Under the pieces are notes generated by a model that worked only from the letters and a program-made list of their open reading frames with translations, ran no database searches and was not told the origin of the DNA. The translations under genes and the position numbers were made by a program. A stretch of DNA of 64,000 nt from Candidatus Dadabacteria bacterium (GTDB taxonomy: Bacteria; Desulfobacterota_D; UBA1144; Nemesobacterales; CSP1-2), in the NCBI GenBank assembly GCA_963805855.1, contig CAWDVW010000006.1, forward strand, positions 1 to 64,000. Direction: 5' to 3'. Shown here piece after piece: positions 41,327 through 51,353 of the stretch. Every line of letters starts with the position of its first letter. The first letter of the stretch is position 1.

Positions 41327-42148
41327 CTACTGTTCCTCTTTCAAATCAATCTGATGAATACAATCTATTTCGCCACCGAGAAATCTTCCGGCTATATTTA
41401 TGAAGGATTCTGAGACATCGGTAAGGTAGAATTCCTGTTGAGTTTGTGAGGGATCACTATTTAGCGAATTTCTGTCGTTTAAGATTCTCTCTATTTCTAT
41501 CGCTGTTTCCTCGGCTGAGTCTATTAATTTGACACTATTACCAACTTCCTTTTGGATCGTAGTTTTTAGAAGAGGGTAATGGGTGCAGCCGAGTATCAAC
41601 ACATCGATTCCCGATTCCTTTAATGGCCCGAGGTAGCTTTTTGCTGCTAATTCTGCAATTTTGCCCTCAGTCCAGCCCTCCTCGGCCAATGGGACAAACA
41701 GCGGACATGCTTTGGAAACTACTTCTATATCGGGTGATATGTTCTCAATAGCCTTTGTATATGCATCGCTCTTTATGGTTGAAGGTGTTCCAATCACGCC
41801 CACAATCCCTGTTTTTGTAATGCTGACTGCCTTTCTGGCACCGGGGTCAATAACGCCAATGATTGGGATTTCAAGATCCCATCTAAGACTGGGGAGAGCG
41901 ACAGCGGAGGCGGTGTTGCAAGCTACAACCAATAGTTTAATCCCTTTTGATACGAGAAATTTGGAATTGATTTGCGAATAGGTTATTACGGTCTTGCTTG
42001 ATTTTGTACCGTACGGAACCCTGGCTGTATCGCCTAAGTAAACAAAATTTTCATTTGGTAATAGTTTCTTTATTTCGCCGAGTACCGTCAGACCACCTAT
42101 CCCCGAATCGAATACGCCGATAGGTGAAGTATTCGTGTATTTTGTCAT
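41327..42148 (-). CDS. murI: Glutamate racemase
   Basis: FDSGIGGLTV, PYGTKS, ACNTAS, LGCTHYP. Confidence 0.98.
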   Translation of the reverse strand: MTKYTNTSPIGVFDSGIGGLTVLGEIKKLLPNENFVYLGDTARVPYGTKSSKTVITYSQINSKFLVSKGIKLLVVACNTASAVALPSLRWDLEIPIIGVIDPGARKAVSITKTGIVGVIGTPSTIKSDAYTKAIENISPDIEVVSKACPLFVPLAEEGWTEGKIAELAAKSYLGPLKESGIDVLILGCTHYPLLKTTIQKEVGNSVKLIDSAEETAIEIERILNDRNSLNSDPSQTQQEFYLTDVSESFINIAGRFLGGEIDCIHQIDLKEEQ

Positions 42149-42236
42149 CGAGCTTTATCATAGCAGTAAGGGTTTACATGTCAAAGGGGAGATTAATTGC
42201 GGATTTTATGTTTTGGGGATTTAAATAAATTGATAT

Positions 42237-42312
42237 GCGGGGTTGGAAAGCCCCGCCTATCTACGGAGTATCCATTGACATATCTCGACAAGCGCGACTT
42301 TCCGGTCGCGCG
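42237..42312. repeat. GATAG-type REP-like palindromes
   Basis: GCGGGGTTGGAAAGCCCCGCCTATC and GCGCGACTTTCCGGTCGCGC; related to 14029 and 48779. Confidence 0.55.
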
Positions 42313-42343
42313 TTTAAAAAAATTACATTACGTGAGTTACCTC

Positions 42344-43708
42344 CTAAAAGATTGCCTCAATCGCGTTTTCAATGGAGGTTACGCCCACGAGGGATAGGGA
42401 ATTGCCCCGAGATTTTATTCTTTCAACATTTATCCGTGGTAGAATACATTTCTTGAAACCTAGTTTCTCAGCCTCTTTTAATCTTTGTTCGACATGCGAG
42501 ACACCCCTTACTTCACCTGATAATCCGACTTCGCCAAAGACAACTAAAGCGTGCTGTATGGGCCGATTCAAGAAGCTTGAAACAAGTGCAACGCTCACCC
42601 CGAGGTCTATCGCAGGTTCCACGATTCTTATTCCCCCCGCGACATTCATGAAAATATCCTGTGCTAATATATTTAGACCCGCTCTCTTCTCAAGGACCGC
42701 CACTAGTAGAGATACACGGTTATAATCGATTCCTATGGTTGTTCTTCGCGGGACGCCGAAATTGCATGGTGATACCAGGGCCTGAATCTCAACCAGTATG
42801 GGCCGTGTTCCCTCAATGCTTGGGGTTACGACCGATCCAGAAGCCCCAGTGGGACGTTCTGACAAAAATATCTCAGACGGGTTGTTTACTTCTTTAAGTC
42901 CCGATTCCTGCATTTCAAATACACCAATCTCATTTGTAGAACCATATCTATTTTTTACAGCCCTTAATATCCTGTAGGGATGATCCCTCTCGCCTTCGAA
43001 GTAAAGTACTGTATCCACAAGGTGCTCTAGGACCCTTGGACCTGCAATGGTTCCCTCCTTAGTGACATGACCGACGAGAAAAATGGACGTGCCTTTCGAT
43101 TTAGCATAATGCATTAGTCTTGCCGCGCATTCTCGAATCTGACCTACGCTTCCAGGCGCAGAAGGGAAATCCTCGGTGTAAACAGTTTGGATTGAATCGA
43201 CAACGACGACATGCGGCGAAAGTTTTGTCAATTCTTCCATAATATGCTCGACCGAGTTTTCCGCAAGCACGAAGAGTGATTCAGACCCCGATCCGGTTCT
43301 TTTTGCCCTGAGTTTTACCTGTTCAGGAGATTCCTCGCCTGTCACATATAGAACCTTTAACTTTGACGTGGCTATGTTGGCAAGCATTTGGAGTGCAAGT
43401 GTTGATTTGCCGATTCCCGGATCGCCACCAACTAGTACAACCGAACCCGGGACAAACCCACCTCCGAGCACCCTGTCAAGCTCACCTATACGGGTTGGCA
43501 ACCTTTCCTCCTTCCCGCCTTCTATATCGGTGATAGGAATTGGTGTTGGTCTAAAGGCTTGCTTAATATTATTAGCTCGACTCTTCTCAATCCTTTCTTC
43601 GACGTAGGAGTTCCATTCGTCACATGAAGGACATCTGCCAATCCACCTTGGCGATGTGTTGCCACAATGCTGACATACGAATTGATATATAGCTTTTGAT
43701 TTTTTCAT
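42344..43708 (-). CDS. radA: DNA repair protein RadA/Sms
   Basis: CxxC..GRCPSC zinc finger, GDPGIGKST, KNRYG. Confidence 0.98.
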   Translation of the reverse strand: MKKSKAIYQFVCQHCGNTSPRWIGRCPSCDEWNSYVEERIEKSRANNIKQAFRPTPIPITDIEGGKEERLPTRIGELDRVLGGGFVPGSVVLVGGDPGIGKSTLALQMLANIATSKLKVLYVTGEESPEQVKLRAKRTGSGSESLFVLAENSVEHIMEELTKLSPHVVVVDSIQTVYTEDFPSAPGSVGQIRECAARLMHYAKSKGTSIFLVGHVTKEGTIAGPRVLEHLVDTVLYFEGERDHPYRILRAVKNRYGSTNEIGVFEMQESGLKEVNNPSEIFLSERPTGASGSVVTPSIEGTRPILVEIQALVSPCNFGVPRRTTIGIDYNRVSLLVAVLEKRAGLNILAQDIFMNVAGGIRIVEPAIDLGVSVALVSSFLNRPIQHALVVFGEVGLSGEVRGVSHVEQRLKEAEKLGFKKCILPRINVERIKSRGNSLSLVGVTSIENAIEAIF

Positions 43709-43739
43709 CCGCTGATAAATTAGAAGTTAACGAACTGTA

Positions 43740-46166
43740 TCAGGTTTTATTGCGGGGTTTTCTCTGGTTTCGCCTTGCAAATTTTCTGTATTCCTCGGCA
43801 AGTTCCATCAGACGTTTGTCGACAAGGTAATTAACCGTTCCTTTTTTGAACTTCCCATCGGGCCTCCTTTTGCCCGCCTCAACACCGGTAAGAACCTCTA
43901 TAGCGTCATCAACCGTCTTTACGGGATATATGTGAAATTTCCGAGCTTCTATTGCTTCCACGACCTCCTTTTTTAGCATGAGATTTCTTACATTTTGCTG
44001 GGGAATTATGACACCATGCTGACCTGATAAGCCATTTGCCTTGCATACATGAAAGAAACCCTCCACTTTTTCATTGACGCCCCCGATTGGTTGAATCTGC
44101 CCTTTCTGATTTACTGATCCCGTAATGGCAAAGCACTGTTTTATTGGGATGTCTGACAAGCTTGAGATGAGGGCTACGAGTTCTGCTGCGGAGGCGCTAT
44201 CCCCGTCGATCATTTCGTAGCTCTGCTCAAACGCCAGGGTTGCTGACAGACTTAGCGGTTTTTTCTGAGCGTATTTCGTTCCTAAATAGCCACTTAGTAT
44301 AAGGACACCCTTATCGTGTATACTCCCACTTAGCTTAGCCTGTCTTTCTATGTTCACAACACCTTCCATCCCCATGTATGTCTCACAGGTTATTCTAGAG
44401 GGTTTTCCGAAGGAGTAATCACCCAAATTGTATACGGAAAGACCATTAATCTGTCCTATAACGTCTCCCTTGGTATCTACGAGAATTATTCCCTTGTTTA
44501 TCAGATCTTGAATCTTTTCTTCAATCATATTCGATCTATGTACCTTTTCTTCTATCGCTTTTTCCACATGCCTTCTAGAAACATATTTATTTTTGTTATC
44601 TAAGCTCGACCAGTAACTCGCCTCCTTAACGATCTTAGAGATTGAACCGAAGTCTACCGATAATTTATTTTGATCACCGGCGAGCCTGGACGAATATTCG
44701 ATTACGGCTTCTACCCCGCTTCTGTCAAACTGCTTTAGGCTATCGCTGTCACAAATTGTCTTGATACTGCGTGCGTATTGTGATAGCGTGGTATTCTCAA
44801 TATCAACAACAGAGTCGAAATCGGCTTTGACCTTAAATAATTTTTTGAAGTCTTCATCATATGCATATAAGAGGTGATAAAGATATGGACTTCCTAACAT
44901 TATGACTTTCAAATTTAGCTTTATCGGTTCTGGCCTTATACCTACTGTGGTAATCAATCCATACTGCTGATAGACATCTTCTATGCGTAATTCTTGATTT
45001 TCTAAGACCTTTTTCAGAGTGTCCCACACAAAAGGATACTTCAGGATATCCATCGCGTCTGTGACGAGATATCCTCCATTCGCCTTTGCAATAGAGCCCG
45101 GATGGATCATCGTAAAATCAGTCAGTAGTACACCAAACCTCGACTCTCTTTCGATTATCCCGAATAGGTTTGTATAAGTTGGATTTGACTCAAAAATCAA
45201 TGGCGCACCTTCTGTTTTTGAGTTATCAATAAATACATTGACCTTATACTCCGTAAAGGTAGGTTGTTGCTGGGGAATCCTGAAGGGTAGTGCCCCGCCG
45301 GCGTCCCGACCGCTATCAGGGAGGAAATTGTCTATGTTTTCAAGCATATGCTTTTGAACCATATCCAGATAGTCAATCACATCTGGATGTGAACTGTATT
45401 TCTCCCTGATGTTATCGAGGATATCTCTAACAGAGAAGAGTGCGACTTTATTCTCGAGTTCCTTAACCTTATCCATGGCCTCTTTTTCAAGTTTCCTAGC
45501 CTGTTTTATCGATTTACCAATTTCTTCTTCGACTCTTTCTTTTCTTCGTCTGATATCCTCTTTTTGATTGTCATTCAGCTTATTATACTCTTCCTGTGAT
45601 AATGGCTTTTCTCTAAATAGGGGTATTGTTAAAATGCCTGTCGGGGTAAACTGTAACTGCATGTCTTCTTTCAAGGCCTTCTTATGAAGCTCATCAAAAA
45701 TGATGTTCTTATTTCTCTGGAACTCGCTCGTGATATTCATTTTCTGCTCTTCAAATTCCTTTTTCTCAAAAGCCTTGGGTATTTCCGACTTCATTAACTC
45801 CAGGAGTTCTTCCATGTCCTTTCTGAAGACCTTTCCCATGCCGGTTGGGAAGCGAATTGCCTTTGGTTCATTCGGCTCGTGCATGTTAAAGACATAGCAC
45901 CAATCGGGGGGGGTTGGCTTTTCTTTAGCCAGCTTTGTCAGTATTTCATTTATGACGCTCTTTTTTCCCACTCCGGGCGGGCCTGCCAGGTAGAGATTGT
46001 AGCCCCCGTGTTCCATACCTAGTCCAAATTGTATTGCCTTATAAGATCTCTCCTGTCCGATAAACTCTTTACAGGGCAAGAGCTCGTCTGTCGTTTTAAA
46101 TCCGAGTTTTTTTAATTCGAACCTCCGGTAGACTTCATGTCCCGATAGTCCTTTGATTTTTTTCAT
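43740..46166 (-). CDS. Lon-like (LonB/LonC-type) AAA protease
   Basis: GPPGVGK, KANGGYL, FEQSY..DGDSAS, GGVNEKVEG (Ser-Lys dyad). Confidence 0.93.
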   Translation of the reverse strand: MKKIKGLSGHEVYRRFELKKLGFKTTDELLPCKEFIGQERSYKAIQFGLGMEHGGYNLYLAGPPGVGKKSVINEILTKLAKEKPTPPDWCYVFNMHEPNEPKAIRFPTGMGKVFRKDMEELLELMKSEIPKAFEKKEFEEQKMNITSEFQRNKNIIFDELHKKALKEDMQLQFTPTGILTIPLFREKPLSQEEYNKLNDNQKEDIRRRKERVEEEIGKSIKQARKLEKEAMDKVKELENKVALFSVRDILDNIREKYSSHPDVIDYLDMVQKHMLENIDNFLPDSGRDAGGALPFRIPQQQPTFTEYKVNVFIDNSKTEGAPLIFESNPTYTNLFGIIERESRFGVLLTDFTMIHPGSIAKANGGYLVTDAMDILKYPFVWDTLKKVLENQELRIEDVYQQYGLITTVGIRPEPIKLNLKVIMLGSPYLYHLLYAYDEDFKKLFKVKADFDSVVDIENTTLSQYARSIKTICDSDSLKQFDRSGVEAVIEYSSRLAGDQNKLSVDFGSISKIVKEASYWSSLDNKNKYVSRRHVEKAIEEKVHRSNMIEEKIQDLINKGIILVDTKGDVIGQINGLSVYNLGDYSFGKPSRITCETYMGMEGVVNIERQAKLSGSIHDKGVLILSGYLGTKYAQKKPLSLSATLAFEQSYEMIDGDSASAAELVALISSLSDIPIKQCFAITGSVNQKGQIQPIGGVNEKVEGFFHVCKANGLSGQHGVIIPQQNVRNLMLKKEVVEAIEARKFHIYPVKTVDDAIEVLTGVEAGKRRPDGKFKKGTVNYLVDKRLMELAEEYRKFARRNQRKPRNKT

Positions 46167-46372
46167 CTGTCAGGTCCTATGATCATGATTTGTTTATCTT
46201 TTATCACGATACGTTGGTTTTGAATTGATTGAATATAATATGAGAAATAGACTAAAGTTACAAATTATAAGAGATACGCAACAGATATAAAAATATATAA
46301 TTATTATGTTGACAACAGACGTATACTATTCAATATTATAAATATTAAATTCAAATCGGAGGTGAAGTATAA

Positions 46373-47176
46373 ATGAAATCGAAAGAAACCTTAAGGACCG
46401 CTGGATGTCTAGCGATTGTTGTATTGATCGCTACCGTAACATGTCTCCTGGGGAACCTTAGAAATGCGGCAGCGGAAGAGAAACCATTACCAGCCCCTCA
46501 GCTTGTCACAGATGCGTGGATGTTTATAGCGGCTTTTAAAGCCGATCCTCTGGTTCTAAAATCACTTCTTCCCAAGGGATTAGAGCCAAACCCTGAAAAT
46601 CAGGTAGTTATAAATATGTACAACATTCCTGATCCGAATCAAACCTCTGGCTTCGGCGCATATAGTCTTACCTATCTTGCTGTGGAGCTTAAGGGTCAGG
46701 ATGGTTATAACATGGGTCAACCTACGGGTTATCCCGGAAGATATTTTGTGTATTACTTTAATAGCTCGCCCTCGATGCGAGAATTCGCTAGAAAGGCGGG
46801 AATACCAGCCCAGGCTGGAAATACAACGACAACTGTCGAGAATGGGAAGCTGAAGGCGGTATTAACGGTTGATGGAAAACCGTTTATTGAATCAACAGCG
46901 GACGTAGGAGACACCCTTGGTGGTTTCGGGGGCGGGCATCTCAATTATTTTGGCCAGATTCACACTGAAAAGGATGGTAAGAAGATAAACCAGGTTGTTA
47001 AATATCCGATTGCCTATAACGGCGGTGTAGTAAAAACGGAAAATGCAAAGATTACCTTCAAGGTTCCAGAAAATCATCCTTTGTATAAGCTTAAGCCGCT
47101 TGCAGATCCTACATGGGCAGTGTGGACGAAGGGCGCATTCGTATATCCTCAGTATCAAGTGATCAATGAGTATTGA
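46373..47176 (+). CDS. Secreted protein, acetoacetate-decarboxylase-like fold (tentative)
   Basis: Signal AAA|EE; FKADP..LKSLLPKGLEP, FGAYSLTYLAV, AGIPA; RBS GGAGGT. Confidence 0.6.
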   Translation: MKSKETLRTAGCLAIVVLIATVTCLLGNLRNAAAEEKPLPAPQLVTDAWMFIAAFKADPLVLKSLLPKGLEPNPENQVVINMYNIPDPNQTSGFGAYSLTYLAVELKGQDGYNMGQPTGYPGRYFVYYFNSSPSMREFARKAGIPAQAGNTTTTVENGKLKAVLTVDGKPFIESTADVGDTLGGFGGGHLNYFGQIHTEKDGKKINQVVKYPIAYNGGVVKTENAKITFKVPENHPLYKLKPLADPTWAVWTKGAFVYPQYQVINEY

Positions 47177-47218
47177 ACTGAATCGAACAAGATTCTAAAT
47201 TTCTATTGAAAATAAATG

Positions 47219-47258
47219 AAAGGTGCTTTACCAAATTTCTGGTTTAGCACCTTTTTTT
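47219..47258 (+). terminator. Intrinsic terminator
   Basis: AAAGGTGCT..ACCA..TGGT..AGCACC followed by a T7 run. Confidence 0.75.
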
Positions 47259-47280
47259 AATCGGATAAAACTATTGATTC

Positions 47281-47907
47281 ATGTTTGAAGTTACCCCAAG
47301 AATCAAACTCTACTGGCTTGGACATGCGAGTTTCAAACTCGATGCCGATGGAAAGTTAATTTATTTTGATCCCTGGAAGGTTGAAAAAGACAAAGCGAAT
47401 TTGATCCTTATTACACATTCACACTTCGATCATCTTTCACTCGACGATGTGAGGAAGATTCAAACCAAAGAAACTACGATTGTCGCAACTAAGGATTCCG
47501 CCTCAAAACTGAGCGGTGATGTGAGGATCGTTAGTGCGGGTGATAAAATTGAAATTGAAGGAGTCGGAATAGAGGTAGTCCCGTCTTATAATATAGGCAA
47601 AAACTATCATCCCAAGACAAGTGGCTGGGTTGGTTATGTCGTTACTGTCGACGGTATGCGTATCTATCATGCCGGTGATACCGATGCCATAGGGGAGATG
47701 ACTAAGCTTAAGGTCGATATTGCTTTGATTCCTGTGGGGGGAACATATACCATGACTGCGGATGAGGCTGCCGGCATCGCAAATAAGTTCAAGCCCAAGA
47801 TTTCGATTCCGATGCATTGGGGTTCTATCGTTGGTTCCGAGGAAGACGCACATAGGTTTCGGGACCTGTTTGAAGGGGAGACAGTTATTTTGAAACCTGA
47901 GGGTTAA
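47281..47907 (+). CDS. MBL-fold metallohydrolase
   Basis: WLGHASF, THSHFDH, YHAGDT, IPMHWG. Confidence 0.93.
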   Translation: MFEVTPRIKLYWLGHASFKLDADGKLIYFDPWKVEKDKANLILITHSHFDHLSLDDVRKIQTKETTIVATKDSASKLSGDVRIVSAGDKIEIEGVGIEVVPSYNIGKNYHPKTSGWVGYVVTVDGMRIYHAGDTDAIGEMTKLKVDIALIPVGGTYTMTADEAAGIANKFKPKISIPMHWGSIVGSEEDAHRFRDLFEGETVILKPEG

Positions 47908-47979
47908 TTAATCAGAATATTTATTGTGCCAGAGTATATATAATTAAAGCATGAAAAATTCATCGCTTCCTTTAAAATC

Positions 47980-48510
47980 ATGGCGAACAGTGCGCATCTA
48001 AAGTTAATAAAGCAGGGTGCCGATGTATGGAACCGGGAAAGGAATACGGATCCCAATCTAACCCCTGATCTTACCTGGGCGTCGTTAAGTAAAGCTGATC
48101 TAAATGGGGCAATCTTAAGTAAGGCCAATTTAAGAGGGGCTTTTCTGAGGGGAGCAGTTCTGAGCGAGGCTGACCTGACAGAAGCTAATCTCATGGGTAC
48201 CAATCTCAACGAGGCTGATCTTAGCGGTGCTATTCTTGCTGGTGCAAACCTTACCAGGGCCAACCTAATTGGCACTAAGCTTGAGTCTGCCAATCTTGAT
48301 AATGCGATACTTACTGAAGCGGACCTGAGCAATGCTAATTTAAAAGGGGCTGATTTAAGAAGCACCAAGAATCTTACTCTAAAACAGCTTTCCAGCGTGG
48401 AGACTTTAGTCGGGGCTAAAATCGATTCAGATCTTTTACCGCAAATTAAGGAAGGTTACCCACATCTTTTAGAGGAATCGAAGTTCGGAAAAGAAGAGAT
48501 TAGTCCATGA
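47980..48510 (+). CDS. Pentapeptide-repeat protein
   Basis: Tandem A(D/N)Lxx repeats; HLKLIKQGADVWN N-terminus. Confidence 0.93.
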   Translation: MANSAHLKLIKQGADVWNRERNTDPNLTPDLTWASLSKADLNGAILSKANLRGAFLRGAVLSEADLTEANLMGTNLNEADLSGAILAGANLTRANLIGTKLESANLDNAILTEADLSNANLKGADLRSTKNLTLKQLSSVETLVGAKIDSDLLPQIKEGYPHLLEESKFGKEEISP

Positions 48511-48584
48511 CTTTCGAGTATAAAAAAATTTCTCCAAAATACCTCATGCACTATTGAACTCTCTTTAGATGAGGATGAATTTAT

Positions 48585-48806
48585 CCCTTCCCCTTTGTTA
48601 AAGGGGGAAGGCTAGGATGGGGGTATGTCTTTTAAAACAATCGGTAACCGCATGCTGATACCTCGAAACCTAGATAATCCTCATGACTAAGGAATCTTCG
48701 CTCATAACAGCTCGGGTCGCCAATTGAAAAGGGAAAGACCTTCTGTCCTTACTGAATATTTCATTACATAACATAATTGATAGTCGGGACTTTCCAGTCC
48801 CGACTA
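48585..48806. repeat. REP-like palindromes
   Basis: CCTTCCCCTTT..AAAGGGGGAAGG; TAGTCGGGACT-TTCC-AGTCCCGACTA (48781-48806). Confidence 0.55.
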
Positions 48807-49151
48807 AGTCCCGCAGAAGGAACAACTGTTATTTGGTGGACTCGTTTCCTCTGTTATGGCTGATTTTGAAGGTATAAGGCTTTAAAATACTTTTCGACGC
48901 CCGCGGTCTGAGGATTGGTTGTTTTAGTTGAGTATCCCTTGTAATAGAAAAGAAACTAATATAGGTCTACAAAATTTTGAGTGCCAGAATTATTAGTTGA
49001 AAATTCGTGGGGCTAGTGTTAAATATTAAGTCTATTCCTTGTTGTCGTTTTAGGTTTTTTGGAATTTGATATTTGTAATTTTAGAACCGTACTACTCAGA
49101 GCAGTTAGGTTTTGGTTATTGTAATTTGAGATTTGTGATTTTCTAATGATG

Positions 49152-49227
49152 CGGGGTGTGGCTCAGTTGGTAGAGCGCTGCGTTCGGGACGCAGAGGTCG
49201 GCGGTTCAAGTCCGCCCACCCCGACCA
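49152..49227 (+). tRNA. tRNA-Pro(CGG)
   Basis: CGGGGTG/CACCCCG acceptor stem, anticodon arm CTGCG-TTCGGGA-CGCAG, GTTCAAG T-loop, encoded CCA. Confidence 0.97.
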
Positions 49228-49233
49228 GATGTA

Positions 49234-49335
49234 TTAAGAGCAAATTGTTATCTCATCGTCGATGAAGAAGAACCGCGCTCCCGCCATTACGTTCCCGTTA
49301 GATTCGACCTGGCCATATATTGTCCTTGTTGCCAT
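49234..49335 (-). CDS. 33-aa small ORF or gene remnant
   Basis: Strong RBS AAGGAGGAG; MATRTIYGQVESNGNVMAGARFFFIDDEITICS. Confidence 0.4.
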   Translation of the reverse strand: MATRTIYGQVESNGNVMAGARFFFIDDEITICS

Positions 49336-50319
49336 AAAATACTCCTCCTTTTTTTATCTACACCATCAATTTATTCCCGTTACATTCTGGGAAGGCTGCC
49401 TGATTAGCAGTTCCTCGAACATATACAATAACATACAGCTATTGGTAGATTAAAGAGATTAACATAATTAGGACTAGAAAAGAAAAAAGCACGAAAAGGT
49501 AAGAATAGTGGGAGGTGCAACGCTTTTGTGATGCCTGTGATCCCTGCCTCAGGCGAAAGGTTCTGAAATCAGTTCTGGAGGATTTAGGTTAGCAATCACA
49601 GATAAGAGAACCCAGAGACTCCCCTAAGAAGCCTCTGAATAACGCGGTGAGGAGAATGTGGCAACAACCAACAATGAATATAGAAAAGCATTGTTGAACA
49701 AGAAAAAAGGACAAGTTAATTTATTTTTAATTCCGCCCTCGCAATTTATTAATGGCTTTCGTTTTCCCGATTGACTGACTTCGGCCCTAATAACGAGATT
49801 TCACCAAATATAAGGGATGCACTCCGCGATTCTATATTATTCTAATTATTCTAATTTTTGCGGCACCTAATTCATCTGAGATCCGAAACAAAAACATTAA
49901 ATCCTGGTTAAATATTATTGAATGATACCCCATCATAAGTTAGGGCCCTAGGTATCTCTCCATACCTCAAATGCTGCCACCTCCATGAGGGATAAGAGCC
50001 TAGGGCTCTAATTATTTCAGCATAATTCAAGTAACTTAAGGCCTTGAATTCCGGCAGCTTTTTTAAAGGCTCTTAAATTCCCCGGTGCAACCCGCCTGTA
50101 ATACCATTCATGAGGATTATACGTGAAAGGACAAGATCGGTAGTGCTGGCGGCATAGTGGTTAGGTCGTCACTAAGAATGAAATTTAGTTAACAAAAACC
50201 ACAGCCTAAGATTGCGGTAATTGAATTAAAAGGGTTGGAAATCTTGAATGAATTCGTTATGTTATTGTGTAGTCTTCACATTTTCTGTTAAAATTTGTTC
50301 TGGATTCTTTCACAAGTCG

Positions 50320-50685
50320 ATGAGGAACCTTTTATTTTTTGCGATAGTTTTTATTTTGCCAACCATCGCTCCGGCAGGGATGAGTGAAATTGTTACCAAT
50401 GATGGGTTTTATGCTTGTAAGAATGACCGCCTTCTAATCGAAGCTGAGAGATATTTCGATGACGGTGACGAGGAAGCATTGAATAAGATGTACTCAAGTG
50501 GGGATTGTTTTACGACCGACCCGGGCACCGAAATATATATAGTTCAGGGTTCTTTCCTGGATTGCACACAGGGCGACAGGTCCGATTGCGCTTACCTTGT
50601 TTTTCATCCGATAGAGGTTAGGGTGAAGGGTTCAAGGATGGCCTGGTGGACTTACCGGTCCTTTTTAAAGAGATTGAACAAGTAG
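50320..50685 (+). CDS. Hypothetical secreted protein
   Basis: Signal MRNLLFFAIVFILPTIAPA; four Cys. Confidence 0.6.
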   Translation: MRNLLFFAIVFILPTIAPAGMSEIVTNDGFYACKNDRLLIEAERYFDDGDEEALNKMYSSGDCFTTDPGTEIYIVQGSFLDCTQGDRSDCAYLVFHPIEVRVKGSRMAWWTYRSFLKRLNK

Positions 50686-50805
50686 CAAGTCTTAAAGTGT
50701 TGTTCGTTTCCTGTTTGCGAAAATAAAATTTAATTGAATTACGATAGTTCTCTATTTGCGAGGGTTGCAGAAAATCATATTTAGGGGAAGTGATAAAATT
50801 GGTTG

Positions 50806-50841
50806 AAATAAGAGGGAGTTTGTTTTACTCCCTCTTATTTT
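50806..50841. terminator. Bidirectional intrinsic terminator
   Basis: AAATAAGAGGGAGT-loop-ACTCCCTCTTATTT between convergent genes. Confidence 0.8.
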
Positions 50842-50907
50842 CTAAATGTTGCCTTAGCCTTCTTTTTTCCTGTCTCTGTGAATTCGTCTGCGGCTTTTTT
50901 ACTCCAT

Positions 50908-51069
50908 TTATCTGAAATTGCTTTCCATTTCAGGAGATGGTGTTGGAGTAGGAGCAGGTTCAGTCTCTTGAGCTGTAGCAATTGTGCTCCCATATCGTGC
51001 AACGGCGCTACTTAGGTCGCTAAAGACGGAAACCAGCGAAATGCCAAGTATCAGCATCCAAATTCTCAT
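50908..51069 (-). CDS. 53-aa secreted Pro/Thr-rich small protein
   Basis: RBS AGGAGGTG; hydrophobic N-terminus; [11 protein letters not shown]; sigma-54 promoter upstream. Confidence 0.65.
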   Translation of the reverse strand: MRIWMLILGISLVSVFSDLSSAVARYGSTIATAQETEPAPTPTPSPEMESNFR

Positions 51070-51139
51070 ATACTTTTCACCTCCTAGGTCCCAAGTTGAA
51101 ACCCGACGAGAGCCTGTTAGGGATCTTGAAAGTGATGGT

Positions 51140-51155
51140 AGCAAACATTATGCCA
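51140..51155 (-). promoter_or_regulatory. Sigma-54 -24/-12 promoter for the small protein
   Basis: Minus strand TGGCATAATGTTTGCT. Confidence 0.7.
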
Positions 51156-51226
51156 AATCCACTTTATCAAAAATTGTTACTGGTTTCTGATGGATATGGA
51201 TTAGAATATAATTTTATCTCAATAAT

Positions 51227-51269
51227 TGCGCAAGGTTACACAGTTTTCACTGTGCAGATTTACACAGTT
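51227..51269. promoter_or_regulatory. Tandem putative enhancer (UAS) sites
   Basis: TGC-N10-ACA (51227) and TGT-N10-ACA (51251), each including TTACACAGTT, 24 bp apart. Confidence 0.5.
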
Positions 51270-51335
51270 GCCTGTAAGCGTTTATAATTGATCAGATATA
51301 TAGGATATATTATTTGATATATTCATTATTAATAA

Positions 51336-51351
51336 TGGCACAGGAATTGCG
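51336..51351 (+). promoter_or_regulatory. Sigma-54 -24/-12 promoter for the two-component operon
   Basis: TGGCACAGGAATTGCG. Confidence 0.7.
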
Positions 51352-51353
51352 AG

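Noticed and set aside
47904-48368. 154-aa repetitive minus-strand ORF
   Set aside because: Shadow ORF of the pentapeptide-repeat gene
49058-49142. Short TTG(G/T)AAT/TTGATAT-like 7-mer repeats
   Set aside because: Only a few degenerate units with no spacers; low-complexity repeat, not CRISPR
49228-50250. Prophage or integrative element at tRNA-Pro
   Set aside because: No integrase and no duplicated tRNA 3' end seen in the window
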